From positions 1,216,001 to 1,280,000 of the forward strand of contig CBDCRP010000003.1 of the NCBI GenBank assembly GCA_965221165.1: a DNA stretch of 64,000 nucleotides, written 5' to 3'. Positions within the stretch are counted from its first letter, which is position 1. Every line of letters begins with the position of its first letter. Both the position numbers and the translations under genes were made by a program. This DNA comes from a bacterium (lineage in GTDB: Bacteria > UBA8248). This document shows positions 21,390 to 32,235 of this stretch, one piece after another. The notes under the pieces were generated by a model that ran no database searches, was not told the origin of the DNA, and saw only the letters and a list, made by a program, of their open reading frames with translations.

Positions 21390-21836
21390 ATGGCATTCGG
21401 ACTCAACAGAGCGGAACTGATCGGGCGCCTCGGCGCCGACGTCACCATCAACCATCTCGCGAGCGGCGGGCGCGTTGCGAACCTCTCCATCGCCACCGAC
21501 GAGGGCTACGTCGACAAGCAAAGCGGCGAGCGGGTGGAGAAGACCGAGTGGCACCGGGTCGTGACCTTCCAGCCGGGGCTGGTCGACATGTTCGAGAAGC
21601 ACGCGAAGAAGGGCCGCCTGGTCTACGTCGCGGGCAAGCTCCAGACCAGACGCTGGAAGAAGGACGAGGAGGATTCCGATCGGTTCTCGACCGAGATCCT
21701 CGTAGCGCCCGGCGGGCGGGTGCAGTTCCTGGAGAAGATGAACGGGAACGGCAATGGCAACGGAAACGGCGCGCACCCCGAGACGGCCGATGTGGCGGCG
21801 ACCGCGGGCGTAGTGGGCGAAGATATTCCATTCTGA
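21390..21836 (+). CDS. ssb: Single-stranded DNA-binding protein (mobile-element type)
   Basis: LNRAELIGRLGAD, TEWHRVV, GKLQTRRW, C-terminal DIPF. Confidence 0.93.
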   Translation: MAFGLNRAELIGRLGADVTINHLASGGRVANLSIATDEGYVDKQSGERVEKTEWHRVVTFQPGLVDMFEKHAKKGRLVYVAGKLQTRRWKKDEEDSDRFSTEILVAPGGRVQFLEKMNGNGNGNGNGAHPETADVAATAGVVGEDIPF

Positions 21837-21842
21837 TCACGA

Positions 21843-21877
21843 CAGGGGTCGGCGTTACGGCGCCGGCCCCTTTTTTT
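21843..21877 (+). terminator. Rho-independent terminator after ssb
   Basis: GGGGTCGGCG-TTACGG-CGCCGGCCCC followed by T7. Confidence 0.75.
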
Positions 21878-22493
21878 GCTCGTTATCCAGAGGAGGTCCG
21901 CCATGCCCCGAACACCCTCTCCAGCGGCCGGGATCGCCGCCGCCCTCGCCTTTCTCGCCCCGCCGGCCCTCTCATCTACCGGGAACACCCGGGAAATCTC
22001 CGGTTCCGTGAACGATAAACCGTGTTCACGGAAAACCGGCAGGAACGCTACAATCACCGCATACCCTGGACAGTGGCTCGGTCTACCCCCCGCTGCGGGA
22101 ATTTTGGGCCGGAAAAAACGGCCCAAAATGACCCTACCCGCAGCATGAGAGATTGTTTCACGATGAGCTTCGCTTTCATCGTGAAACAACCGGAAGCTCT
22201 TATGTCCCGGTGGCGAAACCACCCTCTCTCTTAGCGTCCTCATTTTAGCACGAACGGCGAGCAATAAAGGGTGGCCGCAAGCGGCCATCATTTTCCGGTA
22301 CCCCCCAAAAAACGTCGAGCGGCAAAAAACGAAAGCGCCGCTCTATGAAGCGTGCTTTTCGGGAACCCCCCGGAAAATGACGAGCCCTTGATTCGCTCGC
22401 CTACGGGCATCGGAAACACCGCCCGATGCCCTTACGTGCTGAAAATGGGGCGCTAAGAAGCGCATCCGTTAACTCTCTGGAAAGGAGAAAGGC

Positions 22494-22868
22494 ATGGAAA
22501 CCACCGTGGTGAACCTGAACGACTATGTTGCGCCCCAATTCGGAAGTGGCTGTCTCGTCGTGATTGACAGGACGACGAAGTGGGGAAATCCCTTCCGCAT
22601 CGGCCAGGACGGCGATCGCGCCGCCGTGATTGAAAAATACCGGCAATGGCTCTGGAGAAAAATCCAGCAGGAGGAGGTCAACCTCTACGAACTCGCCGAC
22701 CTTCACGGCTGCGAGCTCGGCTGCCACTGCCATCCCCTTCCATGCCACGGCGACGTCCTCGCACGCGCCGCCGCGTGGGCAGCCGACTACCTCGGCGACA
22801 TGCCCAAAGAAGTGAAGCGAGACGATCTCGGCTACGCGCTGCCCCAATACGACTATTCCCTCGCTTGA
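22494..22868 (+). CDS. DUF4326-like protein
   Basis: IDRTTKWGNPFRIG...LGCHCHPLPCHGDVL. Confidence 0.8.
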   Translation: METTVVNLNDYVAPQFGSGCLVVIDRTTKWGNPFRIGQDGDRAAVIEKYRQWLWRKIQQEEVNLYELADLHGCELGCHCHPLPCHGDVLARAAAWAADYLGDMPKEVKRDDLGYALPQYDYSLA

Positions 22869-22931
22869 GGACAACCGAACCACTAGCCGAAAAGCCCGGC
22901 TGGAAAACCCAATCACTGAAAGGAGTGAACG

Positions 22932-23888
22932 ATGACTGCCACCGCGACACACGACCACAAGGAGAGCATCATGCACGAGCACACAGAGCACGAAGCACAG
23001 AATGAATCCTTCACCGCCATGGTCTGCGAGCAGGCAGCGCTGTTCGGCGCAACCCCGGGACCCGATGAGTTCGACAACCGCCCCGTATGGGACCAGAACG
23101 AATCCACAGACGCCGTCACTCAGGCCTTCCACCTCCTCGCGCAAGCCGCACCTGACGGCACGCAACTTGCGGATGAGCGAGCGAATCTCCTCTGGGGCTT
23201 CGTCAACACCCTGGACGCCCAGACACAGCGCCTCGACCGCGCCGCCGACAGGCTCATCCCCGGTATCCGTGAACTCCAGCGCGAACAGGACGGCTCCGAG
23301 ATCCGCTCCCGCGAACTCGAACTCACGACCGACCGCGCGCAAAACCTGAGCGACCGCCGAGACGCCTTCGAAGGACTGCGCGACACCGCCGCCGAGGCTT
23401 ATCGCGTAGAGACCGGCGAGGTCTGGCGGCCCAGGCGAGGCTCCCACGTCTCCCAAACCGGCAAGCTGACCTCTGCGGTGATTGACGCGCGCGACTTCCA
23501 GCGCGCCAGAAAGGACCGCGAGAACACCGCTCATCTTCCCCAGGGAACACTCGTCGCCGTCGCGGGCGGCAAGGAGGCGAACGACGTAAGCAAAATCATC
23601 GCGCATCTCGACAAGCTCAAGGCCAAGTACAAAGACGTGGTGCTCGTCCACGGCGGCGGCCCCGGCGCCGAGAAGATTGCAGCGGGATGGGCGGAGCGAA
23701 ACGGCGTCCACCAAGTCGTCTGTAAACCCGACTGGGACGCACACGGCAGGGCCGCTCCCTTCAGGCGCAACGACGACTTGCTCGCACTCCTGCCCAAGGG
23801 CGTCATCGCGTTCCCGGGCAGCGGCATCACCGACAACCTCGTCGACAAGGCCCGCACCCTCGGAATTCCCGTCCAAAAAGTAGCGTGA
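22932..23888 (+). CDS. DUF2493 / YspA-type SLOG-domain protein
   Basis: VLVHGGGPGAEKIAAGWA, AAPFRRND, FPGSGITDNLVDKAR. Confidence 0.8.
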   Translation: MTATATHDHKESIMHEHTEHEAQNESFTAMVCEQAALFGATPGPDEFDNRPVWDQNESTDAVTQAFHLLAQAAPDGTQLADERANLLWGFVNTLDAQTQRLDRAADRLIPGIRELQREQDGSEIRSRELELTTDRAQNLSDRRDAFEGLRDTAAEAYRVETGEVWRPRRGSHVSQTGKLTSAVIDARDFQRARKDRENTAHLPQGTLVAVAGGKEANDVSKIIAHLDKLKAKYKDVVLVHGGGPGAEKIAAGWAERNGVHQVVCKPDWDAHGRAAPFRRNDDLLALLPKGVIAFPGSGITDNLVDKARTLGIPVQKVA

Positions 23889-24244
23889 CGTGAACGCTCA
23901 ACGGGTCGCGTCGTCGCCGCCCGGCGGCGCGGCCCGTTGCGTCTCGTCGACCAACGCTCGCGCCACTTGCGCCGGCATCGATGATGACTCCGCTGGTCTT
24001 GCCGCAGGAACAACTCCCCGCATTGCTCCTCCCGCTCAATCGCCGCGGCGGCTCCCGCTCGCCATTATCATCGGCAAAAATTTCCCCGACTTGCGTTTCA
24101 AAAAATCCCTGCGCTAGCCGCCCTTCGGCGTTTCGTTCAGTACACCCCACGCATCTGAAGATGCCTGCCCTCCATGCGCACACTTGTCAGGCAACCTCTT
24201 GCGTAAATGGCGCCCGAAGACGACACGGTGTTGTTGGATCGAGT

Positions 24245-24360
24245 GTATGCTATGAGCATACATCTGTATCCCGTTGAAATTCCTGCACTCCGCGCTGACC
24301 GTATGCTAATGGCATACACTGGAAACAGGCTATTTCCTGCAATGTATGCTATGAGCATAC
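24245..24360. repeat. Three GTATGC-N5-GCATAC palindromes
   Basis: Copies start at 24245, 24301 and 24344. Confidence 0.8.
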
Positions 24361-24509
24361 GCGACGGGGATGCGCTCTATCATGATGGCTACCAATTTGG
24401 TAGTTCATGAAACGGGGACATTTGTCGGATTTTTGGATCCTCGAGGCGTGCGATTGGTGTACAAAAAGAGAGTTTTACGGTTGTCTTACGACCGGGAGGA
24501 ACTGAAATT

Positions 24510-24848
24510 TTGATGAAACGAGCGACAATATCAATGGTTCAGACAACACGGAAGAACGTCCGCCTCGCGCCCGGACTGTGGACTCGCGTCGAAAAAGAGG
24601 CGCACAAGCGGCGTGTTTCGCCGAACAAGCTTGTGGTCGAGCTCGCGATAGAGGCCTTAGAATGCAGGGAATGGCCGCGAACGGAGGCAGAAATCCACCT
24701 GTTGCGCTCCGCCATGTTCGCCGCACAGGCCATCATCCGCGACATGGAAAAGACCGGACGCGAGGAAGAAATCGAGCAAATCAGCAGAAATATCTCCGAA
24801 GTCGCGCCGGAACTGCCGTGTAAATTAGAAAGTCATGAAAACCGTTGA
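24510..24848 (+). CDS. Small putative ribbon-helix-helix DNA-binding protein
   Basis: RKNVRLAPGLWTRVEKEAHKRRVSPNKLVVELA pattern. Confidence 0.55.
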   Translation: MMKRATISMVQTTRKNVRLAPGLWTRVEKEAHKRRVSPNKLVVELAIEALECREWPRTEAEIHLLRSAMFAAQAIIRDMEKTGREEEIEQISRNISEVAPELPCKLESHENR

Positions 24849-24934
24849 CAAACGCCTTAACTCGGACCACCAAAGGCAATCCGGCTTATGGTGCACACTA
24901 GTCACCCACTTTTAAATGAAGGAGTCGTGTAGCG

Positions 24935-25756
24935 ATGGAGAATAAAGAAGAACTGGAACTAGAAGTAAGAAGAATATTGGCTTCCGAGGTGGAAGGGCAC
25001 CGCTCATTTCTTCAATCTCAGTTTCGTAATTTAACGTGGGGTATTGGGATTCTATTCACAGTAGGTGCGATAATATTTAGTTTTCTGTTTGGTAGATCTA
25101 TTGATGAATCAAGAGAGCACCTAATCTCGACCATTGATACAAAAGTGGTTGATTATCGAATCGTTGAATCTTTCAAGAAGAAGCTCGAAGAATTCATAAG
25201 TATCGCAGTAGAAAGAGCAATTGATGAGGAGAAAACAAAAGAGAAAATAGCTGTATATATTGCTGCCGCAACAAAAAAAGCTGTCGAGCAAGCCAAGAAA
25301 GAGGCTGAGGATTCGTTGAAAGAAAGTATAGAGGATACGTTGACAAAAACTGTAAAGGAAGAGATTTCTCAGACAAAGATTCTAAATGCATCTCAGTTGA
25401 TAGAAAAAACATCTATGCCGAGAGGCGCAGTAATTTCATTCAACAGAGAGGCTTGCCCTCATGGTTGGGAGGAATATGAGGCCGCATACGGCAGATTTAT
25501 ACGAGGAACTGACAAAAGCGGTAAGAAGATAGATCCAGATGGCAAAAGAAAGTCTGGGTCACTTCAAAATGATTCTTTCGCATCTCATAATCACGAGCAT
25601 TATATTATCGGATGGGGGAAGGGAAAATCCGACCCGAGCCATGCTCGTGCCGATGGTAATAGCCCGCGAAATCGATGGAGTTACAGAACTAAAAATTCTG
25701 GTAGATCTGAAACAAGGCCCAAGAATATCACACTTCTTTACTGCAAAAAAACATGA
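24935..25756 (+). CDS. Membrane-anchored coiled-coil protein with a C-terminal phage tail-fibre collar-like domain
   Basis: TM at ~aa33-53; PRGAVISF..CPHGW..GRFIRG..GSLQNDSFASHNH..ETRPKNITLLYC. Confidence 0.7.
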   Translation: MENKEELELEVRRILASEVEGHRSFLQSQFRNLTWGIGILFTVGAIIFSFLFGRSIDESREHLISTIDTKVVDYRIVESFKKKLEEFISIAVERAIDEEKTKEKIAVYIAAATKKAVEQAKKEAEDSLKESIEDTLTKTVKEEISQTKILNASQLIEKTSMPRGAVISFNREACPHGWEEYEAAYGRFIRGTDKSGKKIDPDGKRKSGSLQNDSFASHNHEHYIIGWGKGKSDPSHARADGNSPRNRWSYRTKNSGRSETRPKNITLLYCKKT

Positions 25757-26532
25757 TTATTTTATATATATGAATAGGTTTCTTTGCTTAACTTTTGGGT
25801 AAAAGGCTTAATGTGTATAGATTCAATTTTGGAGACGATTCCTAGGTAAGCCGCTACCGAGAGGCACGCATCTGACCAGCGCATCAGGTATTGCGCGACT
25901 ATGGCGGCCATAGATATTCGTTCGGGTGCTAACATCGTTGACATCCTCGTCATCTAGAAACACCTTCCTGGCCACTTGGCGTAACTTGCTCGACGGTATG
26001 GCATCGGGAATTTCACGGCACCTCACCTATAAGCCCAGATCGCAGTTTCCAAGTGGATGGCAACGTAAGTCGCCCTCGCCCTAGGCAACCCATTGTCGCT
26101 TAGCGATGTCCCGTGCGTATATCGTGATGTGTTGGATTTACCCACTTTTCCCCATCGTGCCACAACAACCAAGCTGCCAAAATCAGTCCGATCGAAGCAA
26201 TCAGACGGCCATCCGACACTTAGATAAATAACAGCATTTAGCGTAATTTCAAGTAGCGGAACAATGTGTACGCGGATGTTACTAGATCTCGCACCTAGTC
26301 AGGTAACGACAAGGATTGACAATCTGGGCAACCGAGACGTACTTTTGTTGCGACATGACAAACGGGATAAAATTCCACGCCAGTTCCAAAACAATTTCGG
26401 TGGTTTTTTATTTCGCTGCAGAATTTAAATTTGATAGGCTTGCAGCTCCCCAATTCACATAGCCACGAATTGTTAAAACCAAGATTTCAACCTAATTATC
26501 TTCTTAAGCCGCCGGGCCAATAAACAACTCGC

Positions 26533-28800
26533 ATGATCGACATAAATGACGAAATTTTTCGCGTTCAGAAAATTGCGGCTCAAGCGTTATGCAACCAGGG
26601 CGAAAATCGGCGCGAGCATCTATTGCAAGCTGCCGACGACCTGCGCAAGGTTATGGAACGCCAAAGCCTCCAAGTCCGCGACCTCATCTTGTCACAACCA
26701 CCCGTCCAATTGCTCGGATACCTGTGGGCGCAGTTTCACATGAGTGTACTGGCCGATCTCCGGGAGAAGGGCAAGGATTACAGGCCGGATAAAGAGGTCG
26801 TGCAGACTTTCCAATTCGCGCTGGAACATGTCCACGCCGTTTGGAGTTGCCATGCGAAACTCGTAGATGAAGCAACCGTAGAATCACTCTTCGAAGCACT
26901 CGAAATACTCCAAAATACGACCAAGTTTTATTGTCTTACCAGTTCAGCGGCAAAGATTGGGCCGGGCACCGACCGTCAGTCGGCTGACACGGAGTTTCAC
27001 GCCAAATCCGCGTGGGTACTCAATCGGGGCCACAGATATCAGGTTCTAGAAGAAGAATTCTTCACATTTGTTCTCGAACCACATGCCGAAGCGTTGCGAG
27101 ATAGCTACGGGTTGACGTTTGATGCAATCGCCACTGGTATTCAGGCAATTGCAAATTCGATGCGTACTGGATTCTCCCATGCCGCCGAGCAGATACAAGA
27201 GGGCATGGAACAGGCCTATGCCTTGGTGGAGGAATCTGGGGACGGACTCGGCGATGCCATCAAAAAAATCAAGAAAGCTGATGGCAATTTTGCCGCCAAA
27301 ATGTCGGGCGCCATGCATGACATCTTTTATGGCGGCATCTGTAATCTATCCCGGCATACCAACTTCACTTCGCCTCTACTCGAGGATCTCTGCTATTCGC
27401 CAGGGGAAAACACAGAATTCTTCGCCGATGGAGAGTTCAAAGGAACGCCAATGCGAACCCTGCCCTCTTTGATAAAACCGGGAATTAAGCTCGGCGGCGA
27501 GTATTACGTCACAGACGCTCAGTTCGTGCGCGATTCTGCTTACCGCGCCATCCAGCGCGGGCTGCTCAGCCGCCTGCCAAAATATCGCGAGGAATGGAAT
27601 CGTCGCCAGAAGGCTCTTGTGGAGCAATCATTTCCCGCGATCTTCAAGCACCAGCTCCACGAAGCGTCTAAGTACTCCGAGGTCTTTTTCAAGAACCCGA
27701 AAACCGGCCAATGGGTCGAATCCGATCTTGTGATGACGATTGACGATGTTCTCTTGGTCATTGAAGCGAAAGCTGGCGTGATGGCGATGCACTCCCCGGC
27801 GACCAACTTCGAGCGGCATGAGCGTGTCATCCGTGAACTAATCATCAAAGCATACGAACAGTGTAGGCGCTTTATCGAATATCTCGTGAGTGCTTCGGAA
27901 GTCTCTATCTACCATATGGTCAACGGTAAGCATGTCGAAATAGGCCGCCTTCGACAGCGGGACATTAGGACGATTCTGCCGATTGGCCTCACTGTTGAAG
28001 CTTTTACACCTTTCTCTGCCATGTCCAAGGATCTGGCCAAAATTCAGCCGCTACTCGGAAAACATCCTTTCATTTCTATGTCGGTAGACGATCTGTTCGT
28101 TCTCAACCGTTTCCTTCCGACTACCGGTGAACTTTTTCACTACCTTGAAGTGCGGCAACAAGCATCAGGGATTCCCAACGCGATACTGATTGATGAAGTA
28201 GATCACCTAGGAGCTTACATCTCACACAACCGTTTTGATGTGGTGATGAAGGAAAAACTCAAGGAAGCTGACATGGTCATATTGGATTCGCCCAGCGATC
28301 CAGTGGATAAGTATTTCGAAGGCGAAACATGGAAAACCGAACCTGCGCCGCATCAGGAATATCCGAGGGAACTAGCTGCGGTGTTGAGTGCTCTTGACAA
28401 ATTCCGCCCGGCAGGGTGGCTTGAGATGGATGCCTATATTCGAAATTTCAATACCAGTGTCAGGAGTAATCTGGCTAACAAGTTCGTGGAACTTAAAGCG
28501 ACACTTCCTGTGCATCCGATCCGCCGTTTTCTTCTCGGTACCGAAAACCCCTTGCAAGTCTGGTTATGCCAAGGTGGTATCGAACCTTCTCTAAGAGAGA
28601 TGCGTTATCAGGGAGAAGTGGGTTGCCTCGTTATGAATGCGCCAAGAATTCTGGTTCTTCGGCTCTCATACGATGAAAAGGGTGATATCAACGAGCTCGG
28701 ATGCACATCATTTACCAAACCACTTGTAACACAACCCAACTATGCCGATTTGAAGCGCCAGGCTGAGCGTCAACTCGCTCGGGCTGTGAAATTCAACTAG
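26533..28800 (+). CDS. Large protein with a central PD-(D/E)xK (NERD-like) nuclease motif
   Basis: VESDLVMTIDDVLLVIEAKAG...AYEQCRRF. Confidence 0.65.
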   Translation: MIDINDEIFRVQKIAAQALCNQGENRREHLLQAADDLRKVMERQSLQVRDLILSQPPVQLLGYLWAQFHMSVLADLREKGKDYRPDKEVVQTFQFALEHVHAVWSCHAKLVDEATVESLFEALEILQNTTKFYCLTSSAAKIGPGTDRQSADTEFHAKSAWVLNRGHRYQVLEEEFFTFVLEPHAEALRDSYGLTFDAIATGIQAIANSMRTGFSHAAEQIQEGMEQAYALVEESGDGLGDAIKKIKKADGNFAAKMSGAMHDIFYGGICNLSRHTNFTSPLLEDLCYSPGENTEFFADGEFKGTPMRTLPSLIKPGIKLGGEYYVTDAQFVRDSAYRAIQRGLLSRLPKYREEWNRRQKALVEQSFPAIFKHQLHEASKYSEVFFKNPKTGQWVESDLVMTIDDVLLVIEAKAGVMAMHSPATNFERHERVIRELIIKAYEQCRRFIEYLVSASEVSIYHMVNGKHVEIGRLRQRDIRTILPIGLTVEAFTPFSAMSKDLAKIQPLLGKHPFISMSVDDLFVLNRFLPTTGELFHYLEVRQQASGIPNAILIDEVDHLGAYISHNRFDVVMKEKLKEADMVILDSPSDPVDKYFEGETWKTEPAPHQEYPRELAAVLSALDKFRPAGWLEMDAYIRNFNTSVRSNLANKFVELKATLPVHPIRRFLLGTENPLQVWLCQGGIEPSLREMRYQGEVGCLVMNAPRILVLRLSYDEKGDINELGCTSFTKPLVTQPNYADLKRQAERQLARAVKFN

Positions 28801-29235
28801 CTATTTAGGCTGTGAGAACTTAAGAAGAGCGCTTGGCTTCTGCGTAACCAATTGCTTCGTGCCAGCACCTCGCTCAATTGCGCCCTACAACGGAGCGTCA
28901 ACATTTTGTGGTCGAACTCTACTAATATCCCGGTAAGATGTCTCCGCGCTTCTCTGATTGAAATCACCAAGCCGATACTCGAACGACAAGTTGTACTACT
29001 CTTTGAGAGTGAGAAATTTGTTCCTGTTCCTGATCTTCTTTCTCCTACGTCTCATTGATGGCGAATTGCAGTATGGGTATGGATGAAGATAAGCTGTTGG
29101 AAGCGACGACCGCCGATTACCTGTACGAGCGACTTGAGTGAGCATACACCAGTGCCTCTAACATCATGACCTTTGATGAGTGTACCGATCCTGCCCACCA
29201 CACGTGCCGGGAACCGACAGGATGCAGGGCCAACC

Positions 29236-30621
29236 ATGAATTCCAAAGACCTTTCTGAACTGATTGCGCTTGGCGAGGGTTTCACGACCGAGTTCAAACG
29301 CTCCGAGACTTCCAACTTGGGACGAGAAATCTGCGCTTTTGCAAATACCACCGGCGGTGTGATTCTGATCGGCGTAGAGGATAGTGGGGAGATTGTGGGA
29401 GTCGCCGACCACAACGGCCTGAAGTCCAGGGTGCAAGCCACCGCCCGCTCAGCGGATCCGCCGATTGCCATCGACGTGACGTCAATCGACAATGTGCTCT
29501 ATGTCAGAGTCCCGGAACAACATGGCAAACCCTATTCTTTCGGTGGCAAGTTCTTTATGCGCGAAGGCGCCAACTCCCAGCAAATGTCGCGGGAGGAGAT
29601 ACGTGAGTTCTTCTTCAAGGAAGGCCTTATCAGATACGATGAGATGCAGTGTCGGGAATTCCACATTGAGAACGATCTGACAAACGAGAAATGGGCGAGG
29701 TTTTCTCAGCGTGCGGGGATTCCCAAAGACCTGGAGCCGGTTACGGCGCTGGAGAATCTGCATTTGCTGAAAGCCGGAGAGATGACGAACGCGGGGGCAT
29801 GGCTGCTTGCCGACGACATCACTCGTCACACCTTACGGGCCGGGGTAATCTGTGCGGTCTTCCGGGGGACGACGAAAACCCATATCCTCGACCGCAGGGA
29901 ATTCGTCGGCGATCTTTTTTCTATCTTTGAGGATTGTATGGCGTACCTGCAGTCCAGGCTGAACACGGCTTTGATACCTCATGCTCTGGGAAGGGACGAA
30001 CGACTGGAGCTTCCTGAAGGTGCCTTGCGGGAAGCGCTGGTCAACGCCATCGTTCATCGGGACTATCGTTCTACCGCGAACGTACAGGTTCACGTCTTCC
30101 GCGACCGGTTGGAGATCGTGACGCCGGGCGGGTTGCCGGCCGGGATGCGTGAGGAGGATCTGGGTACGAAGAGCGTCCCAAGGAACCCACTCCTGTTCGG
30201 CATGTTCTACCGCATGGGGCTGGTCGAGCAGGTCGGGAGCGGCATACGACGCATTCGCCAATTGTGCCGCGACCACGGGGTAGCCGAACCGATAATCGAC
30301 GTCTCCGAGAATTGGATGACCACCACATTCGCGCGTCAGGTCGAACATGCGGCCTCGCAAGTACCCGACAAGTCCCCTGCAAGTACCCTGCAAGTCAGAA
30401 ATCTCATCCGTTCCCTGGACGGCGAGCGGACACGAGCGGAAATCCTTCAGAGTCTGGGACTCAGGGATCGGACGAATCTGGCCAAGGAATACGTGCAACC
30501 GGCTCTTGCCGCGGGCCTCATCGAGATGACCATCCCGGACAAGCCCCGTAGCAGTAAACAGAAGTACCGGCTGACGGACAAAGGCCGGGAATTGCAGGAG
30601 CGTCTGAGGCAGACGCAATGA
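29236..30621 (+). CDS. AlbA_2/Schlafen domain + HATPase_c_4 + C-terminal HTH protein
   Basis: EGFTTEFK, ICAFANTTGGVILIGVED, LREALVNAIVHRDY, GSGIRRI, TIPDKPRSSKQKYRLT. Confidence 0.88.
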   Translation: MNSKDLSELIALGEGFTTEFKRSETSNLGREICAFANTTGGVILIGVEDSGEIVGVADHNGLKSRVQATARSADPPIAIDVTSIDNVLYVRVPEQHGKPYSFGGKFFMREGANSQQMSREEIREFFFKEGLIRYDEMQCREFHIENDLTNEKWARFSQRAGIPKDLEPVTALENLHLLKAGEMTNAGAWLLADDITRHTLRAGVICAVFRGTTKTHILDRREFVGDLFSIFEDCMAYLQSRLNTALIPHALGRDERLELPEGALREALVNAIVHRDYRSTANVQVHVFRDRLEIVTPGGLPAGMREEDLGTKSVPRNPLLFGMFYRMGLVEQVGSGIRRIRQLCRDHGVAEPIIDVSENWMTTTFARQVEHAASQVPDKSPASTLQVRNLIRSLDGERTRAEILQSLGLRDRTNLAKEYVQPALAAGLIEMTIPDKPRSSKQKYRLTDKGRELQERLRQTQ

Positions 30622-30999
30622 GTCTTTTTCGCTCTGCGTCGAAGACAACCTCGTCCAGCGAACCACACTCCTGAACACCTGGATCGGCGGCTCGGCCGGG
30701 AGAGTGTTTACGTCTCAACACCGAGCTCTTCGGACGCGCTGGTCTGCGCAGAAGTTTGAATTTCCTCGTTTCAAATTTGATTACAAATTGCGGAAGGCAG
30801 GTTCTTCACGGGAATGGGAAGAATCAAATTATTTCAATGAGATCAATGAGATAATAGAATTTCACGGCCGTTGGAAATGCCCTAATGTCTCTAAGCGGGC
30901 GGAAATGTCACAAAAAACTGAACCTCACCAAACCCATATCCGGTATTTTCTACAACATCACTTTTTGCCTTTTTCGCACACGCGTGTATTCAATCCGGT

Positions 31000-32235
31000 T
31001 CATCTGACCCGTGAGCGCTCAAAACTCAGTGTCTTCAGAAAACTCGCCACTTGATCGACTTCCCGGTCGCTGAGGACGCTGATGAGCTTAAATTCATCAC
31101 CGACCGCCGCCATCCGCCTGAAAAACTCGTTCCGGGCGAGAAGGCCCATTGATTCCGGCTTCAAATATCGCAGCGGATCGAAGTGAGCGATGATTGCATC
31201 TCTAACGGCAGCAAGTGATCCCGCGTGGCCGTATGGAGCCGTCTTGGCCACATTGATAAGTGGGGGGGTACGGAATTTATATAAGTCGCCGGGATCGAAT
31301 GTGACGTTGAAACGCCCGTAGTCCACTCCAAATCCGTTCTTGCCGAAACCAAGCTGAGGAAGTGGGACGGCGTGAAAACGCAGATCCGAGAAATGCGGAC
31401 CCGTGTGACAGTTCACGCACTTCCCTTTGCCATAGAAGATGATAGCGCCTTTGAGTTCATCGGACGTGAGCTCGCCGTTTCCGAAGACAAAACGATGAAA
31501 CGCGGTATCCTCCAAGCGGAACTCCGATCGAATGAATGCGGCGATTGAGCGTGCTACGTCGTTGAAAGTGATCATATCCGCCCGTTTTCCAAGCCGCATC
31601 GCGAGTTCGCTTACGGCCTGCTGTTCCGTCTTTAAAAGCCGCATGACGATTCGCTCATACAACTTCTGTGCCTGTCCCGGAGATTCAAGCTTATACCGGG
31701 ACACATCGTCATCGTCGTCGAGCATCTCGCGGATCTCTACTGGCGGGAGATGAACCGCCGTCAACAATGCATCTTGAGATGGCGCGGCATCGCCGAATTG
31801 GCTACGCGGTTTTTCGCTCGAAAAGTCTACCTTGCCATCCCAAAAGAACACGTCGAATCCCAACGCACCGCGACCCCAAAGTGGAAGCGTATTCCGAGGA
31901 ACGATTCTTCCTTCACTAAACGCGCGTTCAGGTCCCTTGCCCTTACCAAAAATACCGATCGCATTCGGTAAACCATCGGCTGAACCAAACTCGCCCAAAT
32001 GACATGTCCTACAGGACATTCGGCCATTGAGGCTTACATTCTCACTCTCGAAGAACGTCTTGCCGACCGTCGCCAAGTGAGAATCGGTGTCGTCGAAGAG
32101 TTCCTTAGTAGGTCGAAGGCCGTTGCTGAGCGCCGTGTTCCGCAAAATCTTGATGATAGAATCGCCCTGCGCGTGCACCACACCCCCAGCAGCCAAGACT
32201 AAAGCAGCCAGAAGGCATCTAATAGCGAATTTCAT
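31000..32235 (-). CDS. His-Xaa-Ser system-associated MauG-like di-heme protein
   Basis: Signal peptide from MKFAIRC; two CxxCH (CRTCH, CVNCH); FRTPPLINVAKTAPYGHAG. Confidence 0.85.
   Translation of the reverse strand: MKFAIRCLLAALVLAAGGVVHAQGDSIIKILRNTALSNGLRPTKELFDDTDSHLATVGKTFFESENVSLNGRMSCRTCHLGEFGSADGLPNAIGIFGKGKGPERAFSEGRIVPRNTLPLWGRGALGFDVFFWDGKVDFSSEKPRSQFGDAAPSQDALLTAVHLPPVEIREMLDDDDDVSRYKLESPGQAQKLYERIVMRLLKTEQQAVSELAMRLGKRADMITFNDVARSIAAFIRSEFRLEDTAFHRFVFGNGELTSDELKGAIIFYGKGKCVNCHTGPHFSDLRFHAVPLPQLGFGKNGFGVDYGRFNVTFDPGDLYKFRTPPLINVAKTAPYGHAGSLAAVRDAIIAHFDPLRYLKPESMGLLARNEFFRRMAAVGDEFKLISVLSDREVDQVASFLKTLSFERSRVR

Noticed and set aside
24245-24360. Mini CRISPR array
   Set aside because: Only three 17-bp units with unequal spacing and no cas genes.
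16663-25756. Prophage
   Set aside because: No capsid, terminase, portal or lysis genes; one tail-fibre-like domain is not enough.
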